A stretch of DNA of 57,331 bases, filler included, from Jimgerdemannia flammicorona (lineage: Eukaryota): assembly GCA_003990765.1 (NCBI GenBank). It is 3 parts of 3 records of this genome, joined end to end, with 100 filler letters (N's around TTAATTAATTAA, not from the genome) between each part and the next. Parts side by side here need not be neighbours in the genome. Positions count along the whole stretch, not along the records: positions 38,294 to 57,331 come from RBNJ01002043.1; 2 more parts are not named here. The stretch is one strand, 5' to 3'. A program made the position numbers and the translations under genes. Positions 48,870 through 57,331 of this stretch are shown piece after piece; the stretch's first letter is position 1; every line of letters starts with the position of its first letter. Below the pieces are notes generated by a model that was not told the DNA's origin, did no database searches, and was given only the letters and a program-made list of their open reading frames with translations.

Positions 48870-51800
48870 TATAAGAGGGCTACTTTTTAGGGTGACCGTT
48901 ACGTAGTTCTGGAAGACTGTTTTCTTATGGTCAAGATCAATTTCATATGGAGTACATCCTCTATGCTTATTGATTTCAAGATTGGGTTGATGTCTCAACC
49001 AAAGTCCTTTTTCGGACTAGTTCTGGATATTCAGGATTTTCTGTATTTCAGGAAGTTCAAGAAACTAAGACCAGCTTAGTTGAATTGGCATATTGCTGCA
49101 GACAATACCCAATTAGGAAATTTCGTGATGGGGTTAGGAGTAGGATCTAACAGAGAGCGGATTTACTTAAGAGTGGTTTATGGGTTATGGAATAGGTTTA
49201 TTTGCTATTCATGATATTGCTATACTAGGAGTAGTTGTGTGAAGGGATATTGTGGGGAAGTGCTCAGGAGTTGTGTTCAGATTGTTCAAGTCTGAGATTC
49301 TGAGGTCTGGGAGAGGGGGTATTTATACTAGTAAGGGGCTATCTGGACTATGCTAGATATGGATGTAGCACTAAGTGCCTTGCTGAGTCAGAATGCAGTC
49401 ATATAGTACAAGTGTGATCTGATATGTCAAGAGATCATCTGACTGCTGAGTCAGTTCACAGTCACGTCGTACAAGGCTAATCTAACTATATTATGACTGC
49501 TAGGCTATTTATAATTTTAGGCGCTGTCTGGGTAATCTTCGATGACATCACCATTGATTGCATCATCTCTGATGAAGTAGTTATCTAGGAATAATGGTTT
49601 GCAGGTTACTTCTCCTTGTTCGCTGAGGTAGTAATACATTGGGACTTCATCTCCATCCCACAGGATAGCATCATCTGTCTCGTAGGCTGGATAGGGTGTT
49701 GGTGGGCGAAGGATGGGTGTATTGTCTTCGCTTTCGTCAGATTCACTGTCTGCATACCTTCTATAGGTTACAGCACTATGAGTTGCAGGATTGTAGTAAG
49801 CTGGCAGCTGTGGTTCATATTGCTTGTACTCAGGTAGTGGAGTGGTTGGTTCAATCTCGAGGGTTGTCTAGAGGTACAGGTTGTATTCTCTGGTCTCTTC
49901 ATTGTAGTTGAAGTAGTCGGGGGTAAATGCGGGTTAGTATTCGTGCCAGTGGTCATTATCTCAATAAGTCTCGTATGCAGTTATGAACTGTTGTAAGTTC
50001 ATTGGCAAGGTTGGCGGAGTGATCAGGGTTGGCAGAGATCCTTAGCTAGAGGTCATGTCAGCGTCAGAGGGATCATTGTCTTCTGCTTCATCTTCGTCGA
50101 AGTGGATTATATCGTAGACGTCCTTCATGGTGTATCCAACTTGAGGAATTTGCAGGATATGGTCATCAGGGTGTAGGAAGATTCTGTCTGTGGTCTCGAC
50201 GTACTCAAGGTACTTGTGGTTGAGTTCTTGTATCATGTCATCGATTTGGCCATAGGACAGGGTAGCAACCATTTCGCTGGTAGTAACTCAGAGGCGGGGA
50301 ATAAAGGTGCTGTACTCATAGAAGAGTTCTCGATGTTTGCAGGCAATGAGCTTCTGGTGTTGAGACATCTGGGTAATGTCTGTATTATGGTGGTGTTCAA
50401 TCATGTCTTCCAGGAGGCGGCCAATCTGGTAGTAGCTTGATATTTGTCTGATTTGGTGGGCCTCGCTAAGCATGTTCAGGGCATTCCATCGGGCTTCCAC
50501 GAAGTAGAGGAGTGCCAGGCTATGGATATTCATGAGGGGCAGAGGGGGTGTGGCTCGGTTGACAATGGCATTCCAAATGTCAGCATGGATACGGTTGTAG
50601 ATCTCAGTGGTCATGTTTGTGTGTTTGGAAGTTGTGGTTGTTGTTTTGTTTTGGTTCTCTAATTTGATGCATCTTGGTGCTCGGTATATATGCATTTGGT
50701 CCTGATTGGTAAGATTCCGTTTGTGTAAATCTTATGTTCCATGACTTCATATTGACTCAGCTTTGTACACTGTGACTTCGGTTTGACTCAGCTTCATGAT
50801 CAAGCAGGTGATTTCCAGATTTGTTCAGAGCTCGCGTGTGATTTCAGTGGCTTGTTCAGAGGGTGACGTGTAATTTTGATGGCTTGGAGGTTGTGCGCTT
50901 ACAACTCTCCCCTTCTTAGCTTTCGATATCCTCATCAGGGCCTTCTAATTTGTTCTAGTATTGTTATACCATTTGGGAGGTCAAAAGTCTGGTAAGGTCT
51001 ATTTTCTCAGAAAGTGGCATGCTCATAGTACAGTTGTCTAACGCATTGGATTCACATGTTAAAGGGTTGTGTGTTCAATGCCATGCGCTGGAAGTGATTC
51101 TGATGTCATTCACTGCTGGAGAATTTCCTCTAAGGAATCTTCTTAATGTCTATGCCTTGTTTCCCACCAGTGGTACAGGGAGAATAAGCTTGCTTTCAGT
51201 TTTGCTATTTTTCCAGAGGGTTGGTATTCTTGTCTTATTTTGCTGAGTTCGTGATTTGGTTTGTGATAGTTATAATATTCAGAAGAGTAATATATAGTAT
51301 GTATGGATGGGTATGGAATATTTGGTTCTAGTTGTTCAAAGAATCATATTCCTGAACTAGATCAGTAGCATTCTGAAGGTTGGTCTTGGGTTCCTAGGTT
51401 GCATCATAGATTGGGTAACCTTTCTATTTGACAAGGTACTCAGGATGGTTCTTGTTGCCACGTTTGTTGAGGATTTGTTCAACTTTGTACTCTTCTTGGT
51501 CATTAATGATGATAGGTGCAGGTGGTTTGGTAGTGTGATTTGGAAATAGCTCGTCATCATTATCATTGTATCGCTTGAGATGTTGAACATTAAAGACTAG
51601 GTGAATCTTAATGGTGTCTGGTAGTGCCAGTTTGTAGGAGGTTGGAGAGACTTGTGAGATAACTTCAAATGGTCCAATGAACTTGCTATTCAGCTTAGTA
51701 GATGGTCTGTGCTTAAGGTTGTCAACTCGGTATCCTCTGATGTCTAGTAGGACTTTTTCTCCAATATCAAAAGTTTCTTCTCGGCAGTGTTGGTTAACAT

Positions 51801-52010
51801 ACTGTGATTGTTGTTCTTGAGCTCATGATAAATTCTCGATGGCAATCTGGCTTAAATTGCACATTCGGAGTAAGAATTCTTCAACGGCTTCGACTGTGGA
51901 GGGTTCTTCAGTAGTTCGGATAAGTGTCAAAGGGGTGTTTGGATTTTGTCCAGTGTTGGTGAAGAATGGGGTCATTCCAAGAGAGGCTTGCTTACTATTG
52001 TTATAGGCAA
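48870..52010 (-). mobile_element. Gypsy family A copy A3, 3' part (integrase end, chromodomain, PPT, 3' LTR 48870-50903), interrupted by LINE copy 3
   Basis: Reverse complement of ~10914-13887. Confidence 0.93.
49517..50614 (-). pseudogene. Family A LTR accessory ORF, well-preserved copy
   Basis: 1098 nt. ORF-track pieces 50288..50695 and 50042..50272 are in the same frame. Confidence 0.8.
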
Positions 52011-52080
52011 CACCTTTCACCAGTAACATTCAGGTGACACAAGACTCAGACAACACTTTTTACAACGTTTTTGGTGTCCA

Positions 52081-54009
52081 ATGACTAACAACATGAACAG
52101 CAATGATCAATCTAGTGAGCGTACTGGCCAGGGGGGTGATAGCGCCTTTGGCTGGCAGCAGGTAGGGAGGAGGGGAGATGGTTTGGGGATACCAGGGGCC
52201 TCGATGGCTAGCCATGACCCCAGCGGTGGAGGAAGGGGAGGTCTGCAGCAGAGAGGAGGGGAGAGAACGACCTTTGCTGACAAGGTCAGGATGGGGAAGA
52301 TGGCTTCTGGGCTGGATAGTTGGCTGGGCCTGGGGAAGGCATCGATGGCTACTGCTGGGGGTCAGGGAGGTGCACCCCAGGGTACTTCTGGTGGTAGAGA
52401 AGGGGCCGGAGTAGGGGCTGGAGATGTGACAGTTGATGGGGCTGTGACTGGGGATCTGGCAAAAAATCCAGATGTGATGGCGGTTGGCAATTCAGGACTT
52501 GGAGTGGGCACGAGGCCCAGGGACCTGGCAGATAGAGTGACGGGCATGGTGTCAGCCCCATTACTCAAGAAGTCGAGGTCCGAATTCGCGGTCATGATGT
52601 GCTTCCGGGGCTTGGCAGTGACGGCGAGGATGATTTTGGAGCTGGTGGCACAAGAGGCTAAGGGGGCAGCATCGGTGAAGTTCTTGAGAGGAAAGGAAGG
52701 GGTTGAGGTGGGGTTTGAGGAGGAAGATGCCTTGTTGGCAGTCATGGAGAAGGGGGTGATAGTTGGTGGGGTTGTGGTCCCTATGGCCCAGTGTATGCGC
52801 TGGGACCCCCGGGTGGTGCAGTTGATGGTGTTGGACCTTCCCATGGTGTCAAAGGAAAGGACCAGGGAGTTGGTGGTGGAGGCGATCAAAGAGTATGGTG
52901 AGATTGTGGATGTTGGGTTCAAGGTCTGGGAGGGCACGGAGTTTAGAACTGGAGACATTGATGTCAGGGTGAGACTGGCTGGAAAGGAGAATACAGAGAA
53001 GTCGAGGGACTGGCCAGCAGCACTGAGGTGGGGACCAGTGGAGTGTAAGATCACTAGGGTGAAGGGGACTCAGGAGGAGAAGAAGGACTTGTTGGAGGCT
53101 CTGGAGGACCTGGAAGGGGCAGTTGCGAGGAGGAGATTAGCCTGGAAGGAGTTTGAGGCCAGGACAGTGGTGGGGGAGGTGGATGGGAAGAGGGTTCAGA
53201 TGGAGAAGGGGGCCTGGGAGAAGATGCAGGGGAGGAGGATCCAGAAGGAATTGTTGGTGAAGATGGGCAGGGGTAGGGCTGGTGGAAGCTCTGGAGAGGG
53301 GGCTGCAGGGTTGCAGGAGAGCGCCTGGGCTGAAGGGGGTGAGATGGCCCAGGGCAGGGCTCAGATTGGAGTCAGGGAGGAGAGGGAGGATAACTTGGAG
53401 GTGGATGCTGAAATGGGTGAAGGTGGGCACCCTCAGTATAGTGTTCCAAATGGGGCAGGAGGTGAGGAGGAGCTGATGGATGTGCCAGATGAAGAGTGGG
53501 ATGAGTCAGTGAGGAGGAGCGCGCTGGTGGACCCTGAGGTGGATGGGGGACAAATTGCTCAGGGGGCGGCGGAGGCAGTAGATGAGAAGAAGTGGATGTG
53601 GAAGACCCTGGAAGGGGTAGTAGCTGAGGAGCTGGGGGGTGAGGACTTCAGGGTGATGGAGGAGAGGCATTGGGAAGAGATTCTACATGGGGAAGAGGTA
53701 CCAAGGAAGATGAGGAATGAGATCCTGGCTGTCCTCCTGGAGTCTGTTGAGTATCAGGTTGATGATCAGCGAGAGGAGGAGCTTAGAGGGATTGCGAGCG
53801 ACAGGGCACTTGTCTTGTGGAACTCGAGGAAGGGACTGGAGAAGTGGTGCACAGTCTGCTTGGACTACAGGGCAGATATGGAGGAGGTGGACAGGGTGGA
53901 GTGTCAGGAAATCTTGGGGGCACTGGATGCTTGGGATATTGCGGAGGGTGAATTGGAAGCTGAGCAGCTCTTGGACTTGGTGAGGGATGAGATGAGCATG
54001 GAATTATAG
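52081..54009 (+). CDS. LINE ORF1 protein (642 aa; ancestral start probably ATG 52093)
   Basis: Intact ORF upstream of ORF2, conserved in copies 1 and 2. The central region looks RRM-like (inference). Confidence 0.85.
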   Translation: MTNNMNSNDQSSERTGQGGDSAFGWQQVGRRGDGLGIPGASMASHDPSGGGRGGLQQRGGERTTFADKVRMGKMASGLDSWLGLGKASMATAGGQGGAPQGTSGGREGAGVGAGDVTVDGAVTGDLAKNPDVMAVGNSGLGVGTRPRDLADRVTGMVSAPLLKKSRSEFAVMMCFRGLAVTARMILELVAQEAKGAASVKFLRGKEGVEVGFEEEDALLAVMEKGVIVGGVVVPMAQCMRWDPRVVQLMVLDLPMVSKERTRELVVEAIKEYGEIVDVGFKVWEGTEFRTGDIDVRVRLAGKENTEKSRDWPAALRWGPVECKITRVKGTQEEKKDLLEALEDLEGAVARRRLAWKEFEARTVVGEVDGKRVQMEKGAWEKMQGRRIQKELLVKMGRGRAGGSSGEGAAGLQESAWAEGGEMAQGRAQIGVREEREDNLEVDAEMGEGGHPQYSVPNGAGGEEELMDVPDEEWDESVRRSALVDPEVDGGQIAQGAAEAVDEKKWMWKTLEGVVAEELGGEDFRVMEERHWEEILHGEEVPRKMRNEILAVLLESVEYQVDDQREEELRGIASDRALVLWNSRKGLEKWCTVCLDYRADMEEVDRVECQEILGALDAWDIAEGELEAEQLLDLVRDEMSMEL

Positions 54010-54040
54010 GTTGAGGTCTCTTCTACAATATCTACCCAAT

Positions 54041-57000
54041 ATGAACAGTACAACTAGGATATTCTCATTGAACGTTAATGGGCTATGGGGGGCGGCTAGG
54101 AGGAAGTACATTTTTGGTTGGCTTCGGGACCTGGATGCAGACCTCTTCTTGTTACAGGATGTTCAGTATGAGGCAGATGTGGATTTACAGGATTGGACTA
54201 AGGAATGGGGGGGTGCAGCAGTTTGGAGGGGGAAAGTGGGCATTCTTGTTCGGAAAAGGATGGGGGACATTGGGGACATTGGACATTGGGGGTCGCGTGT
54301 GGTATGGGGAGTATGGAAGAGGCCTGGATGGGGCTCGCTGACAGTTGGGTCTTGCTACTGCCTGGCTGAGAGAGGGGAGAGAGTGGATTGGATTCGCAGA
54401 TTGAAAGAGGCTGGATTATTGGGAGAAGTTGGGTTTGACTGTATGGGGGGGGACTTCAACATGGTACGAGATAAGGAGTTGGATAGAACTGATAGAGGGA
54501 GAGGCATACAAGGTGAGAGTGGTGGGTTGGCAGACTGGTTGGAGATGGAAAGGTTGTGTTCTTTAGTGGACTCAGGGAGACATTTTTGGGCAGATCAGTG
54601 GGTGTATACCCATTGGGCAGCAGGACTGGGCTCTAGGATTGACTGGGTTCTAATGGCAGAGTGTTGGGGAGTAGATGTCTGGATGGTGCTGGGAGTCATA
54701 TGGTGTCCACGGTCTGATCACTGGGGGCTGCTTGGAGGGGGGAGGTTTGGGGGAAATGAGGATGAGCCCGGACATTGGTGGCTAAACTCTTCCTTGTTGG
54801 AGGATAGGACATTGTGGGAGGGTTGGGAAACAGAGGTGGTTGGAGATATCGGCAGGTGGTGGGATCAAGGACTAGTAATTGGAGACTGCTGGAGGAGGTT
54901 GAAGGTGAAGGCTCAGAGGTATTGGAGGGAAGCGGGGAAAGGAAAGAGTGCTCAGCAAAGGCAGCGGGTGATGTGGGCCTTGCGGCATTTGGCGGCACTC
55001 ATGGAGAGATGGGCGGGTGTGCTGGAGGATAGGGCCAAGGCTGATTGGTGTATTGCGAGAATCTGGCAGGAGGTGGAGGAGCTCAAAGGGGTGCTACGAA
55101 GGGAGGAAGAGGAACAACTGCAGGGGATAGTGGCCCACTTGCGATGGTAAGGGCTTGAGGAAGGGGAGAGATCTACCAGGTTCTTGTCACGGTTGTTACA
55201 AGCATGACGAATGAGGCAGTGGTGGGAGGGAGTTTTGGACAAGGATGGCGAGCTGGTGGTAGGGACCCCGGTGATTTTGGAACTATTGCGATCCCAGTGG
55301 GGGAACCTTTGGAGTGAGGATGAAGGGGGACTGGATACTCTGGACATTGAAAGGCAGCTGGGGGATTGGCACCCGGACCCTGCCATAGGACTTGGGGCAT
55401 TGGGGGACCCAGTGAGCGGCAAGGAGATTTGCAAGGTGGTGGCATCTTCGAGTAAAGGGACAGCCCTGGGAGAGGATGGACTCCCCTGGGATTTTTGGCA
55501 GAAGATGACAGGGGTGTGTGAGGTACTAGAGAAAATGAGGGCTATGTGTGATGAAATTCTTCAGTCTGGCACCTGGATTGGGGGACAGTGCTTGGGGCTG
55601 GTCTCCTTGCTTTATAAGAACAAGGGCAGGAGGGAGGATTGGAAGAACTGGCGGCCAATCATGCTTCTGGACATGGACCACAAACTGGTGACGAAGATCG
55701 TGGTGTTGCAGTTGCAAGGGATCATGTAGCAGGTGCTTGGATTGGAGCAACGTGGGTTTGTCGGTGGTCAGTTGATTCGAGATGGGACAGCCTGGGTTTA
55801 TGGAGTGATTGAAGGTGCCCAGGCTACAGGGGTGGATGGCAGATTGGTATTTCTGGACCAGGAGAAGGCTTATAATAGAGTGTGAAGAATATGGCTGGAG
55901 GGAGTGCTGAAGCGGATTGGTATCTCCCTGGGGTTCCGAGGTTCATTGGTCAGCCTTTTGGAGGACAGTCAGGCAACATTGGTCATCAATGGCCACCAGG
56001 GGGTGACCTTCCCCCTGGGCTGTGGGGTGCCACAAGGGGACCTCTTGTCACTCATATTGTATGCCCTTTCCCTGGAGCTGCTACTGGACAGGATTCGGCA
56101 TAAGATTGGCAGCTTGGACATTTTAGGGGTGAACTGGAAGGTGGGGGCCTTTGCTGATGATATGGTGGTCGGACTGAGTTCCTTGGGAGATATTGGAGAA
56201 TTGCAGAGGACAGTGGAATGGTATGAGCGGGGTTCTGGTGCTAAACTGAACTGGCACAAATGTGAGACACTGGTGCTGAGCACTGAGATTGTCAGTGGCA
56301 ATGTTATTGGGACAGTGGTTCTGGCTGGTGAACTGGTGCGCTACTTGGGGATCTACTTCTCAGTATTCAGATCTCTTCTTCCCCAGGCATGGTGGGACCG
56401 TAAACTGCTGGAGTGGGGTGATGTCTTGATGCGATGGGGAGGCCGGCATATATCCCTTGCCGGAAGGGTGATGGTGTTGAATGTGTACTGGATGCCGAAA
56501 CTGTGGTATGTTGGGTATTATTTGGATTTCCCACCGTGAGTGGTTAAGGGGTTATTGAAGATGGCGAGGTCGTGGATCTGGGGAGGGTGGTGGAGCCAGG
56601 TTGGTTAGGAGATACTCACAATGCCCTTGGAAAGAGGTGGACTGGGCTTAGTGGACTTTACTAAGCAGCTTTTATGTCTGAGAGCTTGGTGGCTACGAAG
56701 GGCAAGTGAGCTTCGAGGTTGAGAGTGGGTGCCACTCATGCAGAGGTTGTGGGAGATTCGATACTCCCCACATAGTGGCTCCAGTGACCTGCTTGCAATG
56801 GTGGCCATGAAAGGGAGCCGGAGGATGCGGTTTACAGGCTTTTGGTGGGGAGCAGTGGATGGTGCTAAGAAAATCAGCCTTCGGTGGCGAGGTGATAAGG
56901 CCGAGGAGGTTTGGGGACCGCAGATGTAGAGATGGGACAGGCTTCTATTGGGTGGTGTTCTGGTGGAGGACTTTCAGCTTGGCAAGGGTCTGGAGTGCCT

Positions 57001-57331
57001 GCGAGGCCTAGGTGGAGACCTGTGGCCTAAAGCCTGGCAGAGGGTTGGAATCAGGGAAGAGTGGGATTGGAATGGGCTCTGGCTTTGGAGCAAACAGGTG
57101 AGGCAGTGGCTGCCCCCCAAGTTCTGGTTGGCATGGTGGCGGGTCCTTTGGCGGAATGTGATGCTGAACTATTGGTCTGGTCACTTGGTGGATGGTGGGG
57201 TTTTCGAGTGCAAGGATTGTTTCAATGTTGGTCAGGAGGGAGGGGTGGTACAAACACCGAAACATTGGCTTGGTGAGTGTGAGGTTTTGGGGGAGTTCTG
57301 GAAATGTATAATGGACAGGTTAGGGTTGGGG
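54041..57331 (+). pseudogene. LINE ORF2: APE endonuclease, reverse transcriptase and C-terminal CCHC
   Basis: NVNGL, GGDFN, RIDW, SDH, NWRPIMLL, DQEKAYNRV, PQGDLLS, AFADD, YLG, GGLGL and CKDC...KHWLGEC. Contains in-frame stops. Confidence 0.92.

Larger units (their letters stand above)
52011..57331 (+). mobile_element. LINE copy 3 (L1/Tx1-like), 5'-complete, running off the window
   Basis: Two-ORF structure with an APE-RT-CCHC ORF2. Confidence 0.93.

Noticed and set aside
3296..57276. The many short alternative-frame and antisense ORFs in the track (e.g. 4396..4602, 29525..29998, 52362..53054)
   Set aside because: They are shadows of TE coding regions with skewed composition and have no independent motifs.

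Overview
Eukaryotic, most likely fungal (inferred from the element types, short GT-AG introns and a repeat-wide C>T/G>A signature). The window is a 57 kb nest of transposable elements with no recognisable host gene. It holds at least four Ty3/Gypsy LTR-retrotransposon families. Family A has 2 kb LTRs and a chromodomain, B has 1.5-1.6 kb LTRs, C has 0.48 kb LTRs, and D is a decayed chromovirus-like element. All four carry a dUTPase. Also present are three L1/Tx1-like LINE copies, an intron-containing hAT transposase with a related fold-back MITE, a decayed Tc1/mariner-like DDE gene, a short poly(A) retro-insertion and two artificial assembly linkers. The best candidate for an undescribed system is an accessory protein domain shared by families A, B and C. 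It is encoded inside the U3 of the LTR in A and B and just before the 3' LTR in C, next to family-specific repeat arrays. A, B and C also share a small CPH-x14-CxxC module beside the dUTPase. Family C appears to encode integrase and the accessory ORF as separate cistrons linked by identical ATGnnTAR overlaps. All alignments were made by eye and no database search was possible.
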